Part shown: one piece after another, positions 1 to 11,829 of the stretch
Layout of the letters: each line of letters opens with the position of its first letter
Position numbering within the stretch: the first letter of the stretch is position 1
NCBI GenBank assembly: GCA_963514005.1
Contig: OY740827.1
Location: forward strand, 2,852,001-2,916,000
Direction: 5' to 3'
Source: Raja brachyura
Taxonomy: Eukaryota
Length of the DNA stretch: 64,000 nucleotides
Notes under the pieces: model-generated
The model's database searches: none
What the model saw: only the letters and a program-made list of their open reading frames with translations
What the model was told of the DNA's origin: nothing
Translations under genes and position numbers: made by a program

Positions 1-199
1 TTTGGTTTTTGCCGTTTAGGCGTCCCGCCCTTTCGGTTAGTTTGCATTTAGGTATCCCATCCTTTCGGTTAGTAGGCGTTTTGTTTTCGAACTCTTTCGG
101 TTCATTGCCGTTTTGGCCTGGTTTCTATTCAGTTCTTTGGCTTCGGCTTCTTTGCTTCAGCCTCTTGTCTGCCGGCGCTGCGTCCGGGTACCATTTTAT

Positions 200-1240
200 A
201 CATCTCTATAAGATTACCCCTCATCTTCCTGCGCTCCAAGGAATACTCATGCTCTCCCTATAGCTCAGACAATAGAATCCTGGCAACATCCTCATAAATC
301 TTCTCTGTTTGCTTTCCAGCTGAAAACATCTTTCCTATCACACGGAGCCCAGAACTGAACGCACATATTCTAAATGCGCCTCATCAACGTCTTATACAAC
401 TGCAACATGACCTCCCAACTTCTACACTGTGCGGACTGTGTGAGCAGGTGTGAACGGGTCAAAGCCTGGCAAGTGATAGGTGGATGCAGGTGAGGGGGTG
501 ATCGGCGGATGAGTAGACTAGGCGGGAGAGTCCAGGACCAGAGGCACAGCCTCACAATTGAAGGACGTTCTTTTGGGAAGACGATAAGGAGGAGTTTCTT
601 TAGTCAGGGGTGGCAACTCTGTGGAATTCTTTCCCACAGAACGCTGTGGAGGCCAAGTCCATAGATATTTTTAAGGTACGAGATAGATAGATTCTTGATT
701 AATACGGGTGTCAGGGGTTATGGGGAGAAGACAGGAAAATGGGGTTGAGAGGGAAAGATAGACCAGCCATGAATGAATGGCGTTGATGGGTCGATGGCCC
801 AATTCTGCTCCAAACATAAGGTCATAAGGAATAGTAGTAGAATGTTCTTTAATTCTGAAGGTATGACCTCTAGTCCTAGACTCTCCCACTAGTAGAAACA
901 TCCTCTCCACATCGACTCTATCCAAGCCTTTTACTAATCTGTATGTTTCAATGAGGTCCCCCCCTCATTCTTCTAAACTCCAGCGAGTACAGGCCCAGTG
1001 TTAACAAATGCTTATCATAGGTTAACCGACTGATTCCTGGGAACATTCTTTTAAGCCTCCTCTGGACCATCTCCAGAGCCAGCACATCCTTGCTCAGATA
1101 CGGTGCTCTAAATTACTCACCCTATTCCAAAAGCGGCCTCACCAGCGCCTTATAGAGCCTCAGCATTATATCCCTGTTTTTGTATACAAGCCCTATTGAC
1201 ATATATGCTAGCATTGAGTTTGCTCTCTATAGTACCTTTA
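200..1240. mobile_element. Cluster of CR1 3' fragments in both orientations
   Basis: GESRTRGH and SQRVVNLWN-like remnants with 3' tails. Confidence 0.8.
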
Positions 1241-1530
1241 TCACTATAACTTATGAAGTGGCAGAAACTCGAGAGGCCCAGTGAACTCTTGATAAATGAG
1301 GAAGTAGACAGAAGTTGTGACAGGAAATTTAGTGCTAAAAATGAAAATGTTCTTTCACAGAATGAAGGGAAATGTATCACAGAGTTCTCCAAAGCTGAGG
1401 GTTCAAAACACTTCCTTTATTCATCGGGAAAACAAATGCAGGAGGAACTCAGCGGATCTGGGGGGGGGTAAGACACAAAGGGCTGGAGTAACTCAGCAGG
1501 ACGGGTAGCATCTCTGGAGAGGAGGAATGG

Positions 1531-1562
1531 GTGACGTTTCGGGTCGAGGCCCTTCTTCAGAC
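1531..1562 (-). ncRNA. Minimal hammerhead ribozyme motif (Penelope terminal-repeat type)
   Basis: Reverse complement reads gtCTGAAGAaGGGcctcgaCCCGAAACGTCac. Confidence 0.6.
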
Positions 1563-2649
1563 AGATGGTCAGGTGAGAGGGAAACAAGAGATATGGACGG
1601 TGATGTAGAGAGATATAAAACAAATGAATGAAAGACATGCAAAAAAAGTAACAATGGTAATGGAAACAGGCCGTTGTTAGCGGTTTACTATGTGAGAACG
1701 AGAAGCTGGTGCGACTTGGGTGGGGAAGGGATGGAGAGAGGGGGAACAGAGGGGTTAGTTGAAGTTAGATAAATCAATATTCATATCAGACCGAGAGGGG
1801 GCAAGGGAGGCGGTGCCAAAGCATCGCCATTAGTCGGCAGGTCCGTCCGACAGAACTAAAATCTGTCATGAAGTGGTCCGTTATCACGAGGGTTTACGGT
1901 TGAGAGGGTAAATTTAGTTGAAGATGGAACCGCAGATGCTGGCTGAAACCAAAGATAGACACAAAAAGCAGGAGTAACTCAAAGGGTCAGTTTAGTTTAG
2001 TTTAGAGGTACAGCGCGGAAACAGGCCCTTCAGCCCACCAAGTCGCAACGACCATCAATCACCTGTTCACACTAGGTATGTGTTTAGTTTAGAGATGCAT
2101 CGTAGAGACAGGCCCTTCGGCCCACCGTGTCTGCGCCGACCAGCAAATATTCTCTGCATTAGTGCGGCAGCGCGGTAGCGTAGCGATTGAACTACTGCCT
2201 TACTGCGCAGGTTCAATCTTGGTTATGGGTGTTGTCTGTACGGAGTTTGCACGTTCTCCCCGTGGCGGCGTGGGATTTCTCTGGGTGCTTGGGTTTCCCC
2301 CCAAACTGCAAAGACGTACAGGTTTGTGGGTTAATTGGCTTGGTATAAATGTCCAATTGTCCCCAGTGTCCTGGGGCAGTGTTCATGTGCCAGTATCGCA
2401 GGTCGCCGTGTACTCGAAGGGCCGAAGGGCAGGTCGCCGTGTACAGGGCTGAAGGGCCTGTTTCCGCGCTGTAACTCTAAGCTAAATTAAACTAACAAAT
2501 AACACGACACAAATAAATTGCTCTCACATTTATATATGAACACCAAAAAAAACATGTTTAATGTTATAAATTTAGTTTAGTTTAAGGATCAACATGGAAA
2601 CCAGCCCTTCGGCCCACCGAGTCTGCGCCGACCATCGGTCCCAGCACTA

Positions 2650-4158
2650 TCTATATTATTAAAAGTATGACCTTGACCAGTTTTGGCTCGCTGTGCTGTG
2701 ATTTCCGAGAGAACGCCGCCACCTACAGCCGTAATTGTTGGCCAGTTCGCACAGATCCCCCCTCCACCTCTTGGACCAGAGGATTTTTCCCATCAATGAA
2801 AAATCAGAGAGATATTAATGTTTTTAACAAATTCCCCATTCTCTCTTCTGCCCCTGCTGAAGGGAGGGGGAGGGACTATAAAAGCAGGAAGTGGTGTGCC
2901 TCACTCAGTCTCTGCAAGATGGAGGATTCAGAGGGTCATGTCTCTCTGAGCTCTGAACAGCACTGGACACATGTCTACTCAAATGTGAGTGCCCTTAATG
3001 TGGTTTGAAATTGAAAATATGGTTGGTTTGAAGTAAAAAGGCACTGCCTGCAAATGTTTGTTTGGGTGCTTTGGCTTGAAGTTAAAAGGCACTGCCTGCA
3101 AATGTTTGTTTGGGTGCTTTGGCTCGAAGTGAAAAGGCACTGCCTGCAAATGTTTGTTTGGGTGCTTTGGCTTGAAGTGAAAAGGCACTACTGCAAATGG
3201 TGGCTTTGGCTTGAAGTGAAGAGCCACTACTACAAATGATGGCTTGCGTGCTTTGGCTTGAGGTGAAGAGGCACTACTGCAAATGGTGGTTTGGGTGCTT
3301 TGGCTTGAGGTGAAGAGGGGCACTACTGCAAATGGTGGCTTGGGTGCTTTGGCTTGAGGTGAAGAGGCACTACTGCAAATGGTGGCTTGGGTGCTTTGGC
3401 TAACTTCCTGTTTGCACTGTATATTGATTTTAGATAAAATGCTACCACTTACGGCTGTGGTTTTTGGCCATCTTACTTAGTTCCCCTCCGCTCAGCATGT
3501 GCAGAGGATTCTTCCCATCAATGAAAAATAAAAGTGTTATTAGTGTTTAAAAAATGTTGATAATCTCTCTCCTGTCATGAACACCACACCTTTTCCGGTG
3601 GGAGGGGGAGGGGTTATAAAACCCGGAAGTTTGGGTGTGGCTCAGTCTCTGCATGAAGTGGTATGAAACTGCACTTGAATTTGGTGGCCTTGGATCCAGC
3701 TTGAAGGGTTATGAAGCTGCACTTGAATTTGGTGGCCTTGGATCCAGCTTGAAGTGTTATGAAGCTGCACTTGAATTCGGTGGCCTTGCGCCCTGCTTGA
3801 AGTGGTAGGAAACTGCACTTGAATTTGGTGGCCTTGCACCCTGCTCAAAGTGGTAAGAGACTGCACTTGAATTTGGTGGCCTTGCACCCTGCTTGAAATG
3901 GTAGGAAAATGAATTTGAATTTGGTGGCCTTGCACCCTGCTTGAAATGGAATTTCAAGGAATAGCCATGAGTTAACTGCCAGCCCACCAGCCATGAGTGA
4001 GTTGCCAGCACATCAGGCTTGAGGGACTGAGCTGCCACCCCAAGAACCCATACCAGCGCTCCAGAAAGCCCCCCCACACACCACCAATATTGGAATTGGT
4101 GTAGAGGTGGAATATTGTGTCGTGTGAACATGGGACCCAAAGGGTCCACCTAGTCTAG
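2650..4158 (+). mobile_element. Non-autonomous Helitron (copy 1) with two 48-bp tandem arrays
   Basis: 5' TCTATATTATTAAAA; 3' hairpin GGACCCaaaGGGTCC followed by CTAG; inserted at A^T without a TSD in a SINE (gcacta|tcct); arrays at ~3020-3400 and ~3655-3950. Confidence 0.8.
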
Positions 4159-6480
4159 TCCTTTATATTTATATTGAGCCAGTTGTACCAATTTACATTT
4201 ATACCTAGCCAATTGACCTACAAAACTGCTGTGGGAGGAAACCGAAGATCTCGGGAAAAATACACGCAGGTCACGGAGGGAATGTACAAACTCCCTACAG
4301 ACAAGCACCCGTAGTCAGGATCGAACCCGGGTTTCTGCCGCTGTTCCACCTTGCCTGCTGACCCAATGCACTGAATGGTTTAACCCAAAGTACGGGATTC
4401 AAGAACCAGAGGACTTGGGTTTAACGTGAGCAGATAAAGATTAAATAGAAACTTGAGGAGCAACTTTTTCACTCACTAGGTGGAGGGTATGTGGAACGAG
4501 CTGCCATTATATGCATTAATTGGCTTGGTAAAGAAGTAAAAATTGTTCCTAGTATAGAATCGTGTTAGTGTGTGGGGATCGCTGGTTGGTGCGGTCTCAG
4601 TGGGCTGGATGGTCTGTTTCCACGCTGTATCTCTAAACTAAACTAAACCATTAACAGTGTAGGAAGGAATTGCAGATGCTGGTTTAAACCGAAGATAAAC
4701 ACAAAATAACTCATTGAGACAGGCATCATGTCAAGGAATGGGTGACGATTCAGGTCGAGACACTTCTCCAGACTGAATCAGGAAACGAGAGATATAGATG
4801 GTGATGTAGAGAGATATAGAACAAATTAATGAAAGATATTCAAAAAATATTTTGATGATAAAAACGATGATTAAGGAAACAATGCTGGCTACGTGCTGGC
4901 TGGGAACGAGAAGCTGGTGCGACTTGGGTGGGGGAGAGATGGAGAGAGAAAGAATGAAGGGGTTACTTGAAGTTAGAGAAATCAATATTTATACCAGACT
5001 GAGAAGGAATGGGTGACGTTTCGGATCGAGACCCTTCTTCATTGACAGCATTAATATGCAGCGGGATCCAGGAGTCCAGGTTCACAGCTCAATGAAGGAG
5101 GCAGCATGAGTAGATAGGGTGCGTGGCATTGAGAGAGAGCCGGTTTCGGCAGTAACCACTCTGACATTCACAGTAACACGGTGAACTCGGGTGCTTTATT
5201 CTATTTACAGCGGCAAAAATGTCCAGGACTACATGGGGGCGCTGTCCCTCACCGTCAGAGCGCATGTGTGAAGATGCTGGCGATCTGTGGCTGAGTGGGT
5301 TTGCTGATGACACCAAGATTGAAGGAGTTGCAGACAGTGAGGAAGCTGTCGGAAAATACTGCGGGCTGAAGATTAGATGCAGAAAGGGGTGGAGAAATGG
5401 CAGACGGAGTTTAATCCGAGCAAGAGTGCGTTGTTGCGATTTGGGAGGATGAAGGCACAAGGAGAGAGTGTAGAGTTAATGGCAAGTCCATTAACAGCAT
5501 TGATTTTTTTTAGTGTGGAAACAGGCCCTTCGGCCCACCTAACCCTGACCGACCATCAATCACCCGTTCACACAGTTCTAGGTTCAGTTTAGATACAGCG
5601 TAGAAAAAGCTGACAAGCGATCCCCGATTGCCCGCACTATCCCACACACGCTGGGGACAATTTACATTTATACCAAGCCAATTAACCAACAAACCCGTAC
5701 GTTTTTGGATTGTGGGAGGAAAGTGAAGATCTTGGGGAAAGCACATGCAGGTCACTGGGTGAACGTACAAACTCCGTACAGACAAACACCCGTAGTCGGG
5801 ATCGAATCTGGGTGTCTGGCGCTGTAAGGCGGTAGCTCTACTGCTCCACCAACGACTACGGTTGCTGTCTGGGGCCTGGATCCGTGCTATATATCTAAAC
5901 CAAATATAGAACGAGTGTGTGAACGGGTGATTGCTGGTCGGCACAGAATGGGTGAGATTAAAGGGCCTGTTTCCACGCTGAATCTCTGAACTAAACTAAA
6001 ACTAAACTAGCCGGGACGCATCCCACTGTCTTTTTTTCTGTCTTCATTCTTGTCTTCTCCCAGTCTGTCCATCGGGCGAGAATGCCTGGGTTTCCGACAG
6101 GGGCACTGATGAGAGAATACTGTGCTGTGGGTGGGGTGGTGAGGCAGGAGCACTGCGCTGTGGGAGGGATAGTGAGTAGGGAGCACTGCCGGAGGAGCAG
6201 TGAGGAGGGAGTGCTGTGTTGTGGAAGTGATGATGATGAAAGAAGCACTGTTCTGTGAGAACAACTGTTCACCCCTTACTCACCGACACCACCTGTCCGT
6301 CAGTCTACCTCACTTCCCCTCAAATCCTCCTCCCTCACAACACAGATCGTCCTCCCGTCGGTTCCTCACAAGTCCCTCCTCCCAGGGTCTCAACCCGAAT
6401 TGGTGCCTATCCATGTCCTTCATAGATGCTGCCTGACCCGCTGAGTTACTCGAGCATTTAAAAAAAAATTGTAATCCATC

Positions 6481-6775
6481 ACGGTGGCGCAGGGGTAGAG
6501 TTGCTGCCTTACAGTCAATGCAGCGCCGGAGACCCGTGTTCCATCCCGACTACGGGTGCTCTCTGTACAGAGTTTGTACGTTCTTCCCATGACCTGCGTG
6601 GATTTTCTCAGAGATCTTCGGTTTGCTCCCACACTCCAAAGACGTACAGGTTTGCGGGTTAATTGGCTTGGTAAATGTAAAAATTGTCCCTAGTGGGTGC
6701 AGGATAATGTTAATGTGCAGGGATCGCTGGTCGGTCCGGACCCAGTGGGCCGAATGGTCTGTATCTCGAAATAAA
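6481..6775 (+). mobile_element. HE1-type tRNA-derived V-SINE (representative copy)
   Basis: A/B-box-like head and central GGAGTTTGTACGTTCTCCCCGTG-type domain. Other copies at ~2165-2495, 4160-4345, 5600-5850, 32440-32730, 36340-36635, 41150-41420, 50288-50420, 62300-62660 and 63280-63830. Confidence 0.8.
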
Positions 6776-7193
6776 AACAAAACATCTGCAGTTCCTTGAG
6801 TCTTGCCTCCATTTCCTGACGATGCCCTCGCCCTCCCTCCTACCCACACTCACTAGGGTCCCACACACACATGCACTCGTTGCCCACCTCGGGAACCTCA
6901 CGGTGGCCAGAGGAGCAGGAACCACGTTGCAAATGCATCGGATATAGACTGGGGAAACAACTCGCATGAGCCGTGTATTGATGCAGCGCTGCAGAGGGTG
7001 AAGCCGGCCGGCCTCAGTCACATTCTCAAAATATACCAGAGGAGTGTAATGGAAGGTGGAAGGATCTAACCAAGGACGTGCTCTCAGAAAGCACATATCT
7101 ATTTAGATTTCATGTGGGGAAAAAACTCATGTCAGCATGCATCATTAGAAAAGGGCAAAAAGGAAAAATAGGCAAGTAATATTTTCTACAAAC

Positions 7194-7311
7194 CAAGTAT
7201 GGCTTCATAATTCCGCTTCATGTTCGTATAAAGGAGCTTCTCACAGTCACTTATTTCTTCAAACTCTTCCCTGGAAAAATAGCCAGCAATGTCTTTGAAA
7301 TGGTCAGAATC
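7194..7311 (-). CDS. aKRAB gene copy A: PRDM9/SSX-type KRAB-A exon (open)
   Basis: DSDHFKDIAGYFSREEFEEISDCEKLLYTNMKRNYEAIL(G) resembles the PRDM9 KRAB ([40 protein letters not shown]); tttttccag|...G|gtttgt, phase 0-1. Confidence 0.8.
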
Positions 7312-7459
7312 CTGGAAAAACAAACATTGAACCTGATACATGCTGGTGCATAATCTGTAATCATCAGATATTAATTCCAAAACAGATTTTAAAATATCAT
7401 TTATTTATTTAATATCGGCAATTCCAGGATATTGAATCACAACTTAAAATTAACAGGTA

Positions 7460-7637
7460 GACAAAAGTGCTGGAGAAACTCAGCGGGTGCGGCATTATCT
7501 ATGGAGCGAAGAAGTAGGTGATGTTTTGGCCCAAAACGTTGCATATCTCCTTCGCTCCATAGATGCTGCCACAACCGCTGAGTTTATCCAGCACTTTTGT
7601 CTACCTTCGATTTTCCAGCATCTGCAGTTCCTTCTTA
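7460..7637. mobile_element. Short fold-back (Penelope-terminus-derived) insertion with 19-bp target-site duplication
   Basis: AACTTAAAATTAACAGGTA at 7441-7459 and 7638-7656; empty site in the right arm (~10846-10864); internally palindromic. Confidence 0.75.
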
Positions 7638-8369
7638 AACTTAAAATTAACAGGTAACTTCTTCAGCATAAAAACTTCTTCAGTATTTCTTCACTCAGAA
7701 TATAGTGATTTTTTTTCTAGGGTTGAAATAAATCTGTTGTTAATTGCATTGCAGCAAGATCAAAATATTATTGATTCAAATAATTAATAAACCATATCAC
7801 AGCATAAGAGGAAACTGCATTTAAAGTGCAGGTTAGGAGTGAGCTGCCTGAAAGGTCCAGACCCATAATGTTGCCTGTCAAGATTCAAGATTGCAGCTTC
7901 CAGCCAACAGACATCAGTGTCTACATTTCTGGCAATGAAGACAGTGACTATCATGGGCTTCCCCCACACTGAAGTCAGGAGCAGCACTCAGTGGCTGCGA
8001 CAAAACCACTACTTAAAAAAAGAATAAATTGTCCGTGGTAATCAGCAAGCCAGGCAGCAGCTGTGGAGGTAGAAACTGAGTGAATGTTTCAGGTTAATAT
8101 TCTTTCCTCACAGCTGGGGAAGTTGCCAGATGGAGACAGACAACTAGAAGGATGAGGGAGATGGTCTAAATGGCCTCCCAGATCAATATTAATGTCCGTG
8201 ATCCACTCCAGTGCCCAGGGAACTCATCCACTCCTCACTGACACCAATTCCTGGGGTTGTGATGGTCTGAGAAGGAGCAGCAGCATCTTCCCCGTTCCCA
8301 GGCCCCTGAGAGGACATTTATCCGGCATCTGCTGCCCGTTCTCCATGTCAAAGCTCCCTGGAGTCTCAC

Positions 8370-8393
8370 CTCTGGGCCCTGCATCCCAGACAT
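8370..8393 (-). CDS. aKRAB gene copy A, first coding exon (MSGMQGPE)
   Basis: accATG...GAG|gtgaga phase-0 donor matches the phase-0 KRAB exon; conserved in the inverted copy. Confidence 0.55.
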
Positions 8394-8749
8394 GGTCTTG
8401 TCTCCTTCAGCAGCTCCTCGGTCTCCCTTCCTGAGCTCAGACACCCACTTCTCCTCACCTATGCTCACTTACGCCTCAATTAAACCCCTCGCCTCAATTA
8501 AACCCCTCGCCTCAATTAAATCCCTAACCTCACACCTCACTACTAAAGGTAGACAAAAATGCTGGAGAAACTCAGCGGGTGAGGCAGCATCAATGGAGCG
8601 AAGGAATAGGTGACGTCTTCAGTCTGAAGAAGGTTCTCGACCTGAAACTTCACCTATTCCTTCGCTCCATTGATGCTGCCTCACCCGCTGAGTTTCCCCA
8701 GCATTTTTCTCTACCTTCGATTTTTCCAGCATCTGCAGGTCTTTCTTAA

Positions 8750-9130
8750 ACCTCACGACTAAACCTCGCCTCGACTAACCTTCACCTCACACCTAACCCT
8801 CAACTCACTAAACTGTGCCTCAACTAAACTTCACCTCAACTAAACCTCACACCTGGACTGAATCCTCACCTCGACTAAACTTTACCTCAACTAAACCCCT
8901 CAATCACCTCGACCAAACTTCACCTCAGCTAAACCTCAACTACATTTCACACCTCACTAAACATTACTTCGCTTCAACTAAACCTCACATCTACTAAACC
9001 CCACACCTCACTACTAAACTAATCCTCACAGCTGAACCTCACTTCGATTAAACCCCTCGCCGCAACTAAACTCCACCTGAACTGACCCTAACCGTCACCT
9101 CAATAAACTCCACCTCGCGACTAAACTATT
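8750..9130. repeat. Degenerate (ACTAAACCTCACCTCA)-like short tandem repeat, mirrored at ~9455-9750
   Basis: Recurrent actaaac/cctcacctca units; reverse complement in the other arm. Confidence 0.75.
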
Positions 9131-9460
9131 TATAGCCCCTCCCCTCCCCCCCCCCGGCCGTTGGCGGCGCCTCACGTGAGCGGAGCGGCTCCACCCAGAG
9201 CGCGGGTCACGTGGACAACTCCAGCCCTCGGCGGGAAAAGGCGCTTCTCACCCCCTCCCCGGCGCCTGCGCCTGCGCCGCTCTCCACGTTCGCCCCCCCC
9301 CCCCGGGCGAGCATGGCGGGAGACTCGCGACCAAAGATTCTACAGCAGCTCCTCCAGTATCTTTGCTCGCGACAGCTTTTGGCGCCTTTTCCCGCCGAGG
9401 GCTCGAGTTGCCCACGTGACCCGCTGGGGCGGGGGGGGCGGGGAGAAGCGGCGATTAGTT
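9130..9460. promoter_or_regulatory. CpG island / bidirectional promoter at the centre of the inverted duplication
   Basis: High GC and CpG density; E-boxes at 9172-9179, 9206-9213 and 9413-9420; E2F-type GGCGGGAA at 9230-9237 and its reverse complement at 9389-9396. Confidence 0.7.
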
Positions 9461-10124
9461 GAGGGGTTTAGTTGAGGTTTAGTTGTGAGGAGTAGTTTAG
9501 TAGTGAGGTGTGAGGAGTAGATGAAGCCAGGCGTTTAATCGAAGCAATGTTTAGTGAGGTGTGAAATGTAGTTGAGGTTTAGCTGAGGTAAAGTTTGGTC
9601 GAGGTGATTGAGGGGTTTAGTTGAGGAGGTAAAGTTTAGTTGAGGTGAGAATTTAGTCGAGGTGTGAGGTGAAGTTTAGTCGAGGCACAGTTTAGTGAGT
9701 TGAGGGTTAGGTGTGAGGTGAAGTTTAGTCGAGGCGAGGTTTAGTAGAAATGCAGATGTGACGTTTGAGACCTGCAGAAGCTGGGAAAATCGAACGTAGA
9801 CAAAAATGTTGGGGGAACTCGGCGGGTGAGGCAGCATCTATGGACCGAAGGAATAGGTGACATTTCGGGTCGAGACCCTTCATCAAACTGAAGACGTCAC
9901 TTATTCCTTCGCTCCATTGATGCTGCCTCACCCGCTGAGTTTCTCCAGCATTTTTGTCTACCTTTAATAGTGAGGTGTGAGGTTTGGTTGAGGCGAGGGG
10001 TTTAATTAAGGCGATCGGTTTAGTTGAGGCGTAGGTGAGGAGAAGTGAGCGTAGGTGAGGTGAGGATAAGTGGGTGTCTGAGCTCAGGAAGTGAGACCGA
10101 GGAGCTGCTGAAGGAGACGAGACC

Positions 10125-10148
10125 ATGTCTGGGACGCAGGGCTCAGAG
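10125..10148 (+). pseudogene. aKRAB gene copy B, first coding exon (MSGTQGSE)
   Basis: Inverted paralog of 8370-8393 with the same GAG|gtgaga donor. Confidence 0.55.
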
Positions 10149-10947
10149 GTGAGACTCCAGGGAGCTTTGACATGGAGAACGGGCAGAAGATGCCGGATAA
10201 ATGTCCTCTCAGGGGCCTGGGAACGGGGAAGATGCTGCTGCTCTTTCACAGACCATCACAACCCCAGGAATTGGTGTCAGTGAGGAGTGGATGAGTTCCC
10301 TGGGCTCTGGAGTGGATCACGGACATTAATATTGATCTGGGAGGCCATTCAGACCATCTCCCTCATCCTTCCAGTTGTCTGTCTCCATCTGACAACTTCC
10401 CCAGCTGTGAGGAAAGAATATTAACCTGAAACATTCACTCAGTTTCTACCTCCACAGATACTGCATGGCTTGCTGATTACCACTCACAATTTATTATTTA
10501 TTACAATAGTGGTTTTGCAGCAGCCACTGGGTGCTGGTCCTCACTTCAGTGTGGGGGAAGCCCATGATAGTCACTGTCTTCATTGCCAGAAATGTAGGTG
10601 CTGATGTCTGTTGGCTGGAAGCTGCAATCTTGAATCTTGACAGGCAACATTTTGGGTCTGGACCTTTCAGGCAGATCACTCCTGACCTGCACCCTAAATG
10701 CAGTTACCTCTCACGGTTTATTACTTCTTTGATATGGTTTATTACTTCTTTGAATCAATAATATTTTGATCTTGCTGGAATGCAATTAGAAAAAAAAGTT
10801 ACTATATTCTGAGTGAAGAAATACCTAATTTCTATCCTGAAGAAGTTACCTGTTAATTTAACTTGTGATTCAATATCCTGGAATTGTCCTATATTAAATG
10901 AATAAATGATATTTTAAAATCAGTTTTGGAATGAATATCTGATGATT

Positions 10948-11472
10948 TGGTAGCCTAATTATAGGAAGGATGTCAACAAAATAGAGAGAGTACAGAGGAG
11001 ATTTACTAGAATGTTGCCTGGGTTCCAGCAACTAAGTTACAGAGAAAGGTTGAACAAGTTAGGTCTTTATTCTTTGGAGCGCAGAAGGTTATGGGGGGAC
11101 TTGATTGAGGTCTTGAAAATGATGAAAGGGATAGACAGAGTTGACGTGGATAAGCTTTTCCCATTGTGGGTAGGGAAGATTCAAACAAGCGGGCATGACA
11201 TGAGAATTAAGGGACAGAAGTTTAGGGGGAACATGAGGGGGAACTTCTTTACTCAGAGAGTGGTGGCTGTGTGGAATGATCTTCCAGCAGATGTGGTGGA
11301 GGCAGGATCGATTTTAACATTTAAAAGTAAAGTGGATAGGTATATGGACGGGAAGGGCATGGAGGGGTATGGTCTGAGTGCAGGTAGATGGGACTAGGGG
11401 AAAATAAATGGTCGGCACGGACTGCAAGGGCCGAGAAGGCCTGTTTCCATGCTGTAATTGTTAAATGGTTAT
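10948..11472 (+). mobile_element. 5'-truncated CR1 LINE 3' end
   Basis: ORF2 C-terminus ([16 protein letters not shown]...FFTQRVV); ATGATT TSD at 10942-10947 and 11473-11478; absent from the left arm. Confidence 0.9.
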
Positions 11473-11525
11473 ATGATTACAGATTATGCACCAAAGTATA
11501 TCAGGTACAATGTTTGTTTTTCCAG

Positions 11526-11649
11526 GGTGCTGACCATTTCAAAGACATAACTGACTATTTTTCCAAGGAAGAGTGTGAAGAAATAAGTGACTAACAGAAG
11601 CTCTGTTATAAGAACATGGAATGGAATTATGAAGCCATACTTGCCATTG
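11526..11649 (+). pseudogene. aKRAB gene copy B: KRAB-A exon with premature stop
   Basis: GADHFKDITDYFSKEECEEISD*QKLCYKNMEWNYEAILAIG; in-frame TAA at 11592-11594; splice sites intact. Confidence 0.8.
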
Positions 11650-11829
11650 GTTTGTACAAAATATTATATCCCTTTTTTTCACTTTTCTATTGATACATGA
11701 GTTTTTTCCCCCATATGAAAACTAAATAGATATGTGCTTTCTGCGACTAAGTCCTTGGTTAGATCGTTCCATTTCACTCCACAGGTATACTTTGACAATA
11801 TGTCTTAGGATATTGTACATTCCTGTTCC

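Larger units (their letters stand above)
7020..11800. repeat. Large inverted duplication (arms ~7020-9244 and ~9382-11800)
   Basis: Collinear reverse-complement identity across unique sequence, e.g. 7860-8460 vs 10070-10670 and 9201-9244 vs 9382-9424; each arm has a private insertion. Confidence 0.92.

Noticed and set aside
1-195. Short Lys-rich minus-strand ORF (MVPGRSAGRQEAEAKKPKPKN*) with AACCGAAAG repeats
   Set aside because: Too short, at the window edge and not assignable; possibly a repeat fragment.
2979-3950. Regular 48-bp repeats resembling a CRISPR array or repeat-protein ORFs (also 14476-14781 and 42460-43091)
   Set aside because: Head-to-tail units with no unique spacers, no cas genes and a eukaryotic context; they are Helitron-internal arrays.
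5211-5271. Plus-strand exon-like GKNVQDYMGALSLTVRAHV*
   Set aside because: No partner exons or recognisable family; the region is equally explained as a minus-strand 3' UTR with AATAAA.
6481-6560. tRNA genes at SINE heads
   Set aside because: tRNA-like A/B boxes run into V-SINE bodies; no complete cloverleaf is evident.
7194-7311. Calling this gene PRDM9
   Set aside because: Only the KRAB-A exon is visible; there are no SSXRD, SET or zinc-finger exons in the window.
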